A stretch of DNA of 64,000 nt from Bacteroidota bacterium (GCA_030680835.1 JAUXUD010000004.1:32400-96399); one strand, 5' to 3'; shown: positions 8,039-17,874, numbered from the stretch's first letter. Numbers and translations: made by a program. The notes: generated by a model not told the origin, from the letters alone.

Positions 8039-10039
8039 TTATTCGCCTTTATATGCCACTTTTTGTCCTATAGAGGTTAATCCCAGCAAAGCGTCCTGTG
8101 TTTTGAAAATCTCCGGCAGATAAATCAATTCATCTGCGCAACCTTTTGCGTCTTCAATCAGTTTATCGGCAAAATGCAAAGCGATGGGTGCCTTAAACGA
8201 TAAAGTTTTACAAATGCGGTCTGCCTCTTCTTTTGAAATCATGGTGTCATGAACCTGATGGGTTAGCAATTCATTCAGGGTATGATCTTCAAAGAAATTT
8301 TTCACTGCAAGCCACTTATCACTCAGGATGGTTGCCGTTGGTGAAGGTAATGGTAAATTGCCGTACATGAAGCCGTACATTTCTTCCACGCTTATTACCT
8401 GATCAACCAGCCCTATTTCAAAAGCGTCTTTAGCACTCAACATTTTTCCTGTATGAATGAGGTATTTGCTCAAAGCTTTACCAATTCTTCGCGTGCTTCT
8501 TTGGGTTCCACCCAAACCCGGATAAATTCCAATACCGGTTTCAGGAAACGACATACTGGCACCCGGTAATGCAAGAATCAGATCTGCACATAATGCCAGT
8601 TCCAATCCTCCGCCCAGGGCAAGTCCATTCAATACCGCGATTACCTTTTTACTTGAATGGTCGATCAGTTCAAAAACCTCCTGTCCGAAACGGGTAAAAC
8701 GTTCTATATTTTCTATTGACCGGGCTTTCATGTTTTTTACAAAAAATTTTATATCAGCTCCGGCAACGAATGCTTTTCCTGAACCGCATAAAAAGATTTG
8801 TTCAATTTCCATGTCCATATTTGCCTTGCCGAATTTGTCGAGCAACTGATTCATCACATCTTCATTCAGGGCATTCAGGTCTTCGGGGCGTGACATGGTA
8901 ATGATGGCGTTTCTGCCCGATTTTTCATAAGTAACAAATTCCTGTTTCCAGAACGCCTTACCGATGGACAGAGGAATCAATGTATTGTACTTATGGGCTG
9001 TTTTTTCAATCAGTCTTCTGGTTTCCGGCTCTCCGTATTTGTTCATTAACTCAATCGGACCCGCTTTCCATTTCAAACCAATTCTTGCACCCCTGTTTAT
9101 ATCGGTGGCTGAACAAATTTTTTCGTCAAGTAACTGAGAACAAACTAAAAATTCAATCCCCAGCATTTGATCTGCAATTTCGTTTCTGATTTTTTCATCT
9201 GTTAAAATTTCACCTTCCAGATTCCAGGCTTGATTTATTTCTGTTTGGTCAATCAATTTTTCAGATGTTTTATACAGTTCGCCATAAACCTCAAGCGTTT
9301 TTTGAGAATGGCAGGCAATAGGAACACCGGTGGCATTCATCAGGGCGAAGGGACCCATACCGATTCCAAATTTTTCCATACATACCGCATCGATGGTTGG
9401 TATGTTTCCGATGTTTTCTTCCAGCAAACGGCAGGCTTCATTGAGCCAGGGAACAAAAAACCGGTTCACCACAAAGCCGTATGAATCCTTACAGTAAATG
9501 GCATCCTTCCCGGCTAAGAATGCAAATCTTTTTGCGGCATCAAATACCTGCGGCGAGGTTTTTAAATTGGGAATAATCTCAAGCAGGCGATTTTTAGCAG
9601 CATGATAGAAAAAATGCAGGCCAATAAAACGCTCTCGGTTTGTTACATATTCACTTAACTCATTCACCGAAAAAGATGACGTATTGGTAGCGATAATGCA
9701 GGTATCCGATACAACTTTCGACAGGTGTTTAAACAAGTGTATTTTCGCGTCAAAATCTTCAAAGATTGCCTCTATTACAAGATCGCAAATACTTAAATCT
9801 TCTATGTTAGCAGTGCCTGTAATATTTTTCAACGTATGGTTAACCTGGTCTTGTGTAAATACTTTTTTATCAAATCCTTCCTGTAAAGAATTTTTAATAT
9901 TGTTGATTCCTTTTTCTACAAAATCGATGGCACGATCGGCCAGGATTACTGTGAATCCTTCCTGTGCAAACTTTTGAGCCAGGGCTGAACCCATGGTTCC
10001 CGCTCCAATAATTCCAATAATTTTTATTGATCTGTTCAT
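8039..10039 (-). CDS. Bifunctional 3-hydroxyacyl-CoA dehydrogenase (N-terminal) / enoyl-CoA hydratase (C-terminal)
   Basis: N-terminus IGIIGAGTMGSALAQ (3HCDH NAD-binding). The C-terminal ~300 aa is a crotonase fold (GSGKAFVAGADI...GLALGGGLELAL). 666 aa. Confidence 0.75.
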   Translation of the reverse strand: MNRSIKIIGIIGAGTMGSALAQKFAQEGFTVILADRAIDFVEKGINNIKNSLQEGFDKKVFTQDQVNHTLKNITGTANIEDLSICDLVIEAIFEDFDAKIHLFKHLSKVVSDTCIIATNTSSFSVNELSEYVTNRERFIGLHFFYHAAKNRLLEIIPNLKTSPQVFDAAKRFAFLAGKDAIYCKDSYGFVVNRFFVPWLNEACRLLEENIGNIPTIDAVCMEKFGIGMGPFALMNATGVPIACHSQKTLEVYGELYKTSEKLIDQTEINQAWNLEGEILTDEKIRNEIADQMLGIEFLVCSQLLDEKICSATDINRGARIGLKWKAGPIELMNKYGEPETRRLIEKTAHKYNTLIPLSIGKAFWKQEFVTYEKSGRNAIITMSRPEDLNALNEDVMNQLLDKFGKANMDMEIEQIFLCGSGKAFVAGADIKFFVKNMKARSIENIERFTRFGQEVFELIDHSSKKVIAVLNGLALGGGLELALCADLILALPGASMSFPETGIGIYPGLGGTQRSTRRIGKALSKYLIHTGKMLSAKDAFEIGLVDQVISVEEMYGFMYGNLPLPSPTATILSDKWLAVKNFFEDHTLNELLTHQVHDTMISKEEADRICKTLSFKAPIALHFADKLIEDAKGCADELIYLPEIFKTQDALLGLTSIGQKVAYKGE

Positions 10040-10045
10040 TTTTGA

Positions 10046-10819
10046 TTAATTATTAGTCCACTGTGGTTTTCTTTTTTCCAGAAAGGATTGAATCCCTTCA
10101 TTTGCATCATGGGTTCCCATTAAATTGTTTACATAGAGTTGCTCCAGCTGCGGTAAAAAATTACTGAGGATATGATTGAATTTAATTCTAACGGCTTTAG
10201 TAGCGTACCTCAGTGAAGAAGCACTTTTCGGCAAAATGTTTTGTATGATCCATTCATTTACCCCTTGCTCCAATGCAGTTTTATCTTCATACAAATAATT
10301 GAGCAATCCTATGTTTTTAGCTTCTTCCGCACCGATTGTTTTTCCGGTTATAATTAATTCTTCGGCCCGGGCCAAACCAATTTTTTCGGGAAGCAGGATG
10401 GAAGCAGGCGGTGGAAAAACGCCCAGAATAATTTCGGGCTGACCTAATTTTGCTGTTTGATCGGCAAACATAAAGTCGCACATTAATGCGAGCTCCAGTC
10501 CACCACCCAGGCATTGGCCTGAAATTTTAGCCAGGGTGGGAATGGACAAATCGCGAAGGGTATAAAACAACTGATGAAAGGATCGAAGCATGGCAGCGGC
10601 CAGATCTTTCTGGTGCTCCTCTACGCTGGCTCCAAATGAAAAGTGTTTCCCTGCACCCTCAAAAATAATCAGTTTAAGATTGTTTGCTCCGCTAAAGGAA
10701 TACAATACTTTCTGCATTTCTTCCATCATCAAATGGTCGAGCACATTTCCCTTGCCATCATTTAGTAGAATGTGTGCAACCGATTGTTCGAATAAATAAG
10801 ATACTTGTATTTTTTCCAT
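10046..10819 (-). CDS. Enoyl-CoA hydratase/isomerase family protein (candidate dienoyl-CoA hydratase, Dch/BamR-like)
   Basis: 257 aa crotonase with AGKHFSFGASVEEH, GQCLGGGLELALMCD and FxxPE..LG motifs. Confidence 0.6.
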   Translation of the reverse strand: MEKIQVSYLFEQSVAHILLNDGKGNVLDHLMMEEMQKVLYSFSGANNLKLIIFEGAGKHFSFGASVEEHQKDLAAAMLRSFHQLFYTLRDLSIPTLAKISGQCLGGGLELALMCDFMFADQTAKLGQPEIILGVFPPPASILLPEKIGLARAEELIITGKTIGAEEAKNIGLLNYLYEDKTALEQGVNEWIIQNILPKSASSLRYATKAVRIKFNHILSNFLPQLEQLYVNNLMGTHDANEGIQSFLEKRKPQWTNN

Positions 10820-10821
10820 AA

Positions 10822-11922
10822 TTAAACTTTAGCAGTCTGGTATTGCGGTGAAATTTTATGGTGTAATTCTTCATTCCATTCATGACCTTCGGCCAGCAAC
10901 TGACGTAATAAAATAAAATCAACTTCACGGTTTTCTTTCGGACCTTCATTAAAAGCTTTGAACCCGGCTTTGGCTTCACTCATCATATTCAATGCCAGCC
11001 ATTCGCGGCTGCCTTCTTTATTTTTATCCCAGTGTTCCAGTTTAAATTTACGTACCTCACTAATGGTTTTACTCATGCAATTCGGAAAGGTATGCAGGAT
11101 TTTTGCAATCAAGTTATTTACCGATTTATCAAGCATGCTTAAATCGGTTTCAGCATGTGCAATCATTTCTTTTGCTTTTACAAGTGCCTCTCCGGTTTTC
11201 ATCGTTCCAAATGCAAATCTTCCAAATTCATCGGTTATTTTTTCGGTTTGAACCAAAGGATTTGCAATAAATTTTCCATCTACTTTCAGCACGGGAGCGA
11301 TATCTGTAATTACTCCAAAATAATAAGCCTGATGAGCTGTCCAGGGTTCACATAAGGTTAACGACATCATGGCCCGTTCTACACCAACATAGAGTGGAAG
11401 AAAGTCAGTAGCACCACCAATTGCCGCACTGCCATGCTTCGGACCTGCTTGTCCGAACCGTGCCATGTCACTGGCAATGCTAAAATCGCATGCCATTCCG
11501 ATTTCCTGGCCACCGCCGATTCTCATTCCGTTTACCCTGCAGATAACAGGTTTTTCACACATCAGAATGTTAGAAACCATATCGTTAAACAATCTCATGT
11601 ATTGCGAATATTCCTGAGGATTGCCAGAATAATATTCGGCGTATTCCTTGGTATTCCCACCGGTGCAAAAGGCTTTGTCGCCAACGGCTGTGAGCACTAC
11701 AGCCACAATGCTTCTGTCGTTTGATGCTTCCCTGAAAGCCAGGATGATTTCCTTAATGGCTGCTGTGGTATATGAATTAAATTGTTTGGGATTATTCAAG
11801 ATAATCCATGCATTGAATAATTTATCAACGGGCGTTCCATCCTTATCCAGGCATGGGCGTTTTTCGAAAAGAATCTCTTTGAAATCGATGTCAACAAGAT
11901 TGTGATTTTTTAATTCAGTCAT
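10822..11922 (-). CDS. Long crotonase-family protein with ~100 aa C-terminal extension (candidate ring-opening 6-oxocyclohex-1-ene-1-carbonyl-CoA hydrolase, Oah/BamA-like)
   Basis: 366 aa. Crotonase core (AFCTGGN..., VNGMRIGGGQEIGMACDFSIA) plus a C-terminal extension. The length and architecture match BamA/Oah rather than MenB or BadI (~260-285 aa). Confidence 0.45.
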   Translation of the reverse strand: MTELKNHNLVDIDFKEILFEKRPCLDKDGTPVDKLFNAWIILNNPKQFNSYTTAAIKEIILAFREASNDRSIVAVVLTAVGDKAFCTGGNTKEYAEYYSGNPQEYSQYMRLFNDMVSNILMCEKPVICRVNGMRIGGGQEIGMACDFSIASDMARFGQAGPKHGSAAIGGATDFLPLYVGVERAMMSLTLCEPWTAHQAYYFGVITDIAPVLKVDGKFIANPLVQTEKITDEFGRFAFGTMKTGEALVKAKEMIAHAETDLSMLDKSVNNLIAKILHTFPNCMSKTISEVRKFKLEHWDKNKEGSREWLALNMMSEAKAGFKAFNEGPKENREVDFILLRQLLAEGHEWNEELHHKISPQYQTAKV

Positions 11923-11930
11923 ATGTATAA

Positions 11931-12995
11931 TTATTTAAAGTCGGGTGTTAAAACAGAACGTTTGGTATATTTATGTTCGAGTGTATTATTAAAAACTTCA
12001 TTGATTTGAGACATGGGAAAAGTTTCAACAAACTGACCAATTTTCAGTTTATCATCCGCAACGAGTGCAACCACTTCCGGATATAATTCGGGTTTGCATC
12101 CCCAGGTTCCGATGAGCTTGGCATCAAAAGCCATCAGGTTGCTTAAACGCACTTCAACTTTATCCATAGTAAAACCAACGATAGACAGGGTAGAGGCAAA
12201 AGTTACCAGATTAAATGCGAGCTCCTGACCCGGTTTTGATCCGGATATTTCAAATATTTTCCATCCATATTTTGGGGCTTTCAGTTCTTTTGCAATTTCT
12301 TTTACTTTCTCTTTGATGGTTTTTAAATCAAGACCTTTGGTATTTAATGTCGCATCTACGCCATTCAGTTTGGCAATGGCTAATTTCTCATCACTGATAT
12401 CCAGTGCCAAAACTTTTGCACCAAATATTTTGGCAATTTGTGCCCCGTAAATACCCACGCCGCCTACACCAATTACAATTGCAAAATCTCCTGCCACCAG
12501 TTCCGATTTTTTAACAACCTGGTATGGAGTTGAAATCGCATCAGCGATAACAGAGAGTTGTTCCAATGAATATTTTTCTAAAACTTTATCGGGTACCTCA
12601 CATAAATATTTGGAAGGTACTTTTATATGAGAAGCAAATCCTCCGTCAAAATCATTACCAGGCATCAGTTGATTTCTGCATATATTGCTCCGGTCGCTTT
12701 TGCATAAATCACATTCACCACAAGGCAATACCGCGGGTATAATTACATTTTTTCCGATCCATTTTTCATCCCCATCAACCACGGTTCCGCTTATTTCATG
12801 CCCGAGTGTTAAAGGCAATGCATGTTTGGTTTGAACCCCATGATGCCAGAAACTAATGTCGGTATGACAAACTCCGCAGCCGGCAATTTTTACCAGGGTT
12901 TCACCCTCTTTCAATTCCGGCATATCACTTTCTGATAAAACAAATGGCTTATTTAATTCAGTCATTTGCCATTGGTACATTTTATTTTCTTCCAT
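11931..12995 (-). CDS. Zinc-dependent medium-chain alcohol dehydrogenase family (candidate 6-hydroxycyclohex-1-ene-1-carbonyl-CoA dehydrogenase, Had/BamQ-like)
   Basis: GCGVCHTDISFWHHG...GHEISGTV zinc-ADH signature, a structural-Zn Cys cluster (CGECDLC) and GVGGVG Rossmann motif. 354 aa. Confidence 0.6.
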   Translation of the reverse strand: MEENKMYQWQMTELNKPFVLSESDMPELKEGETLVKIAGCGVCHTDISFWHHGVQTKHALPLTLGHEISGTVVDGDEKWIGKNVIIPAVLPCGECDLCKSDRSNICRNQLMPGNDFDGGFASHIKVPSKYLCEVPDKVLEKYSLEQLSVIADAISTPYQVVKKSELVAGDFAIVIGVGGVGIYGAQIAKIFGAKVLALDISDEKLAIAKLNGVDATLNTKGLDLKTIKEKVKEIAKELKAPKYGWKIFEISGSKPGQELAFNLVTFASTLSIVGFTMDKVEVRLSNLMAFDAKLIGTWGCKPELYPEVVALVADDKLKIGQFVETFPMSQINEVFNNTLEHKYTKRSVLTPDFK

Positions 12996-14261
12996 TTATT
13001 TCATATTTATATTTTCAAATAATATTGCAGTTCCTTGTCCGCCCCCAATGCAGGCAGATGCAATTCCGTATTTAACATTTCTCAGATTCATTTCGCGGAT
13101 CATGGTTAATGAAAGTCTTAAACCGGAAGCTGCCAGCGGATGTCCGATTGCAATGGCTCCTCCATTTACATTTAGTTTTTCTCTATCAAGACCCAGTTCA
13201 ATTTCACAACCGATCAGTTGTGCTGAGAAGGCTTCGTTAATTTCAAACAAGCCGATATCTTCAATGTTTAATCCTGTAAATTCAAGCAGTAATTTAATTG
13301 CAGGCACCGGAGCCAGTCCCATTAATTTAGGGTCAATGCCACAGGTAGCTGCTGCAACAATTTTTGCAATGGGTTTTAAACCTTTTGCCTGAACCGTACT
13401 TAAATCGGCCACCACTGCAGCCCCGGAACCATCAACAATACCACTGCAATTGCCCGCAGTTAAAACACCTACTTCCGAAAATACGGTTTGTAATTTAGCC
13501 AGTGATTCAAGGCTGGTATCGCGTATTTGTTCATCAACCCTAAAATCTTTAACAGCTCCCGGCAAGCGAACTTTTCTTGATTTCAATCCTTCTCTTTCGA
13601 AAACTGTAGAATTAATAGGTGTAATTTCATCTTTAAAAATTTCATTTTTTTGCGCATTGAATGCTCTTTGAAATGAAAGATAAGCGAATGCATCACATTG
13701 CTCGCGTGTAATCTGATGTTTTTTGGCAACGTTTTCAGCAGTGAATCCCATGGGATAACCTGCTGCGGTATCATCCAATGCCTCCCATAACATATCTTTA
13801 AACACAGGTCTTCCCAAAGGGTATCCCATGCGGTTTCCAAAACTTACCGTAGGTGCCAGCGACATGTTTTCGGTACCACAACATAAAACCAGTGCGGCTT
13901 TTTTTAAGGTAATTTGTTCTGCTGCCGTAATCAGGGTTTCAAAACCGGAGGCACAAATACGCTGAACCATTAATGAGGGAACTGTAATGGGCAGGCCGGC
14001 ATACAGTGCGATATGTCTCGGTAGAAAATAGGCGTCGCCGGAGGCCTGACCAATATTGGCTATAATGGCCTGATCAATATCATCCGGTTCAACACCCGAT
14101 TTAAGCAATGCAGCTTTTGAAGCGAATATCCCCAGATCAGTCGGTGATACATTAGCAAGGGTTCCGCAAAATTTTCCAAAAGGAGTGCGGATGCCATTCA
14201 CTAAAAAAATATCATCAAATGAGATGGCGATACCTTTTTCTTTATTGTGATAAGATTTCAT
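12996..14261 (-). CDS. Acetyl-CoA C-acyltransferase / beta-ketothiolase
   Basis: 421 aa. Thiolase active-site regions (VQRICASGFETL, NVNGGAIAIGHPLAASG, GIASACIGGGQG). Confidence 0.8.
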   Translation of the reverse strand: MKSYHNKEKGIAISFDDIFLVNGIRTPFGKFCGTLANVSPTDLGIFASKAALLKSGVEPDDIDQAIIANIGQASGDAYFLPRHIALYAGLPITVPSLMVQRICASGFETLITAAEQITLKKAALVLCCGTENMSLAPTVSFGNRMGYPLGRPVFKDMLWEALDDTAAGYPMGFTAENVAKKHQITREQCDAFAYLSFQRAFNAQKNEIFKDEITPINSTVFEREGLKSRKVRLPGAVKDFRVDEQIRDTSLESLAKLQTVFSEVGVLTAGNCSGIVDGSGAAVVADLSTVQAKGLKPIAKIVAAATCGIDPKLMGLAPVPAIKLLLEFTGLNIEDIGLFEINEAFSAQLIGCEIELGLDREKLNVNGGAIAIGHPLAASGLRLSLTMIREMNLRNVKYGIASACIGGGQGTAILFENINMK

Positions 14262-14263
14262 AA

Positions 14264-16111
14264 TTAATTGGATATAGATTCTGAAGTAACTAATTCTTTA
14301 ATGTTGTTTACAAGCCAGTTTTCTTTAGCCAATGTGGCGGCACCATAAGCAACCACAAACTGGGGATTGTCAACGGGATTGATTTCTTTATTAAATTTCT
14401 CACTTAAAATATTACTGATGTATGGATGATGCGCAACCACGCCCCCTATCAGGTAGGTGGGGATATTCGGAAACAGTTTCATTTTAGCAACTTTATTGGC
14501 AATGGAAATATAAATGCCTCTTGCGATATCCTGTTTCAGCATCCCATCAAATACCCATGTCATAATTTCTGTTTTTGCAAACACCGTACAAAAACTATTG
14601 AGCTCTTTATTGTATGAAGAGTGTGCAGCGAGACTGCTCATTTCTTCGATATTGATTTCGGCACGTTCCGAAATTTCCTCAAGGAAAGAGCCCGTTCCGG
14701 CGGCACATTTATCATTCATATAGAAATTGGCAACAAGGTTTTCATTGTTGGTATGAATGATCTTGATGTCCTCACCCCCGATATCAATAATGTTTTTTTC
14801 ACCGGGATAAAACGCTGCCACACCTGAGGCTGCGCAGTTTATTTCTGTTTTAATAATATCGGTTTCGTTAAAATGTTTTCTACCGTAACCGGTTGCACAA
14901 CTGTGTTTAATTAAAAATGCAGCATAGATTGACTTAAGCACATTTTTCATGGCATGCCTGTCTTTATTCATGGTAGGCAGTATATACCTGAACACCGGAG
15001 TGCCGTTCCCGTCAATAACAACAAATTTTGTAAATGCTGATCCCAGATCGATACCGAGGAACCCATTATGCTCTTTATAATAAATGGATGAACGGTTTTT
15101 TTCAAGCAAACCTTTATTGATAATTTTTTTATTCAGTTCATCTTCTACCCCCGGAAACCGGTTCAGTACATTTTTATTGGTCATGGCTTTCACCATATTT
15201 GTAAATGCCAGGTTAAGCGAAGTTTTTACGTAATGTTTTTTCCCGTATTCAACTATTTTCCCATTAAAATAATCTATTTCGGTTGGTCTGTTATTGATCA
15301 GGTCAACAGATAATGAAGGGAAGTGGTCACCTCCTTTTTTCAGGTATTGCATGCATTTTCTTACAAAATCATCCGAAAAGCGAATTTTCTCTTTTTCGGC
15401 AACATCAATGCCTTCGTTAATGATTTGTTCAATCAGTTCTACGGTGTCATCATCAGCCATTGCTTCAGCCATGGTTAGCCTGCCAACTCCGCATAGAGCA
15501 CTCAGTGAGGCATTCAAAATGGTTTTTTCCCAGATCCCTTTAACCAGTTCAAACGAATCCAGTTTATTTGTTTTGAAACCAATGCTGTTTAAGGTATCGG
15601 CCAATAGTTGCGCTTCTTTGGTTCTGTTGTCATCAATTGAACCTACATAATTTGGCGGAGTTACGAAAGATACGCGCACAATATTCGGGGCGCGCATGTT
15701 ACCTGCAAAATTAATAATCATGCGCAATGTTTTTGATTCACCAAACGTTGCGCTGATTAAACTTTCAACATCTATTCCGTTTTGTGCAGAAACCAAAGTA
15801 AGCTTATCTGTATTAATTTGTTCCGCTTCTTTAACAGCTCCAATTGTCTGATAGGATTTTAAAGAGAAGATGAGATAATCAAGATCCTGTGCTCTCATAT
15901 CAACAATCGAATCATATACATTGTCGAAACGGGTGGTTGATACCAAGGCGTTCTCAAGAATAATTCCGTCTTCTCTTACTTTTTTGAGTTTAAAATCATC
16001 TTTGTCGCAGATTGAAACATCGCAACCGGCCTCTTTAAATTTAACAGCGAGAATCATCCCCACAGGACCTAAACCTACAATTCCAACCTTAATTTTTTTT
16101 GTTTTTTCCAT
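14264..16111 (-). CDS. Fusion protein: ketopantoate reductase-like (ApbA/PanE family NAD(P)H oxidoreductase) N-terminal half plus BadF/BadG/BcrA/BcrD-type ATPase (CoA-substrate-specific enzyme activase) C-terminal half
   Basis: N-terminus KIKVGIVGLGPVGMILAVKF Rossmann motif plus an ApbA C-domain. The C-terminal ~270 aa is GIDLGSAFTKFVVID...NDKCAAGTGSFLE (ASKHA ATPase with the cluster-ligand Cys pair). 615 aa. Confidence 0.65.
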   Translation of the reverse strand: MEKTKKIKVGIVGLGPVGMILAVKFKEAGCDVSICDKDDFKLKKVREDGIILENALVSTTRFDNVYDSIVDMRAQDLDYLIFSLKSYQTIGAVKEAEQINTDKLTLVSAQNGIDVESLISATFGESKTLRMIINFAGNMRAPNIVRVSFVTPPNYVGSIDDNRTKEAQLLADTLNSIGFKTNKLDSFELVKGIWEKTILNASLSALCGVGRLTMAEAMADDDTVELIEQIINEGIDVAEKEKIRFSDDFVRKCMQYLKKGGDHFPSLSVDLINNRPTEIDYFNGKIVEYGKKHYVKTSLNLAFTNMVKAMTNKNVLNRFPGVEDELNKKIINKGLLEKNRSSIYYKEHNGFLGIDLGSAFTKFVVIDGNGTPVFRYILPTMNKDRHAMKNVLKSIYAAFLIKHSCATGYGRKHFNETDIIKTEINCAASGVAAFYPGEKNIIDIGGEDIKIIHTNNENLVANFYMNDKCAAGTGSFLEEISERAEINIEEMSSLAAHSSYNKELNSFCTVFAKTEIMTWVFDGMLKQDIARGIYISIANKVAKMKLFPNIPTYLIGGVVAHHPYISNILSEKFNKEINPVDNPQFVVAYGAATLAKENWLVNNIKELVTSESISN

Positions 16112-16160
16112 CAGTTTAATTTTTTGTGTTGAATATCCGATATCCTATTGCTTAAGTATT

Positions 16161-16625
16161 CTACAATGCCTGGATATAATAAATTTCCTCCTCTTTTGAT
16201 TCAAAACCGGTATTGATATTCTGAATGGCCTCCCTGATTATTTTACTCATATTTTCAGAAGAAGGATTTGTATCAATGGAGCTCAGATCGGTATTAATGA
16301 TAATGGAGGCGTTAATTTTTTCTGATGCCGGGTCCAGCTTTGTGTTTACAATTTTTAAGCATCCGGTGAGGCATCTTCCCAGTTCATCCAGGTTACGCGG
16401 ACAAAAACAACCTTCATCCGGAGATAATTTATATTCAGGATTATCCAATAATTTTTTATCCGGAAAAATCAGCGCAATATGATTTTCCCTGCCAGCATCA
16501 CTTAAGGAAACAAACTTTACATAGTGACAGGTATTCTTAATTAATTTTTCAATTTCCAGGGAACTAACTTTTTCTCCGGTTGAAAGTTTAAATACCTGGC
16601 TAAACTGTAAATGATGCATGTTCAT
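16161..16625 (-). CDS. Small protein resembling the C-terminal subdomain of AMP-forming long-chain acyl-CoA ligases; possible gene remnant
   Basis: FKLSTGEKVSSLEIEKLIKN...HIALIFPD resembles the FKLxxGEYxxxExIE...VVPD block at the C-terminus of ACSL/FAA-type ligases. Only 154 aa, with no adenylation domain upstream. Confidence 0.35.
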   Translation of the reverse strand: MNMHHLQFSQVFKLSTGEKVSSLEIEKLIKNTCHYVKFVSLSDAGRENHIALIFPDKKLLDNPEYKLSPDEGCFCPRNLDELGRCLTGCLKIVNTKLDPASEKINASIIINTDLSSIDTNPSSENMSKIIREAIQNINTGFESKEEEIYYIQAL

Positions 16626-16653
16626 AATTACCTGATTTTAGAGGTGAGAAATA

Positions 16654-17874
16654 CTAATGACTATAAACTCCTGAGCTTTCTATTTGCTCGATAAATGTCT
16701 CAATTTTGGTGATACTTTGTCCTTCCGAATAAAAACGCAAATCACATAAATCGCCTTCAATCACCATGGTTGGAATACCCAGGGTTTCCTGGATACGCTG
16801 CGGCATGCCAAACCTCGAATTTGAATTATTTGCACAGGTTTTTGCATCATGAAAAATCATGCCATCGATGCGAAAATCATGCACCAGTTGTGTGAGTATG
16901 GATTGTTTGGCTTCTTCACTTCTGTTAATAAATATTTCGGTATATGCCTGAGCCGATGATTCAAAAGGATTTCTTTCATCGAAAGCATCAAACACCCAGC
17001 TATTACAGTAGGTTGAAGCCACAACAGCTGAGTTGTTATTGATAAATAAATCCGACAATGATCTTAATTTCCCCCAGATGGGCATACCATCCCAGTATAT
17101 TCTTGATTTTTCTTTTTCTAAAAATCCGATTCCTTTTTCTACATTTTCAGTTAATTCTTTTAGTAATGTGATGTAATAGTCTTTGGCAATTTGGGTGCCT
17201 CTTAAAACCACAATCGGACCCATATGTATGGTTGCATCGAAAAAGCTTATTGGAGCCGGACTTTTCGTTGCGGTCCACAAAACCTGTTTCCATAAATCGG
17301 TTGCTTCCTTGCTTAATTTAAGTACTTCCCTGAAACGGTCAATGTCAAATTTTAAGCCGCTCACTTTCTCGCATAATGGAATCAGTGCTTTAAATTGTGC
17401 GGATACATCTTCAATTTCTTCTTTGGTTACTTCGGTAACATGCCGTGGCGGGTTAATTCCAAAAACAGGGCAATTTAATTCTCTTGCAAAATAGCTGAAC
17501 CAATCCTGTACTTCACGGCATTGGTTAGTATTGTAAACAATAATATCGGGTTTAGGCGGACCATTTAATCCATAATGTTCTTTTAAGGGAGTTTGACCGG
17601 TCAGGTATGAGCCGATATCAGCAGTTAAATACGAACAGATATCATTCGAATAACCCAGAATTGCAGATTCAGGAATCAAGTCGTTGGCAGTTCGGGTAGC
17701 TCCCAGTAAAGCTCCATGATTTTCGGGGAAATGTACTTCAAACCCAAATGAACGCAAGAGTTCAGCCGGACCCACACTGGTGCACCAGGCTATTTTTTTT
17801 GAAGGTTCTTTCATACCCAGGAAATAATTTCCCATTATTTCCTTCATTAATTTACTTGTTTGAATTTTATACAT
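16654..17874 (-). CDS. 2-hydroxyacyl-CoA dehydratase / benzoyl-CoA reductase subunit-like protein (HgdB/BcrB/BadD/YjiM family), unpaired
   Basis: 406 aa. N-terminal block IAWCTSVGPAELLRSFGFEVHFPENH... and C-terminal Cys positions are typical of the family. There is no partner A-type subunit adjacent. Confidence 0.6.
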   Translation of the reverse strand: MYKIQTSKLMKEIMGNYFLGMKEPSKKIAWCTSVGPAELLRSFGFEVHFPENHGALLGATRTANDLIPESAILGYSNDICSYLTADIGSYLTGQTPLKEHYGLNGPPKPDIIVYNTNQCREVQDWFSYFARELNCPVFGINPPRHVTEVTKEEIEDVSAQFKALIPLCEKVSGLKFDIDRFREVLKLSKEATDLWKQVLWTATKSPAPISFFDATIHMGPIVVLRGTQIAKDYYITLLKELTENVEKGIGFLEKEKSRIYWDGMPIWGKLRSLSDLFINNNSAVVASTYCNSWVFDAFDERNPFESSAQAYTEIFINRSEEAKQSILTQLVHDFRIDGMIFHDAKTCANNSNSRFGMPQRIQETLGIPTMVIEGDLCDLRFYSEGQSITKIETFIEQIESSGVYSH

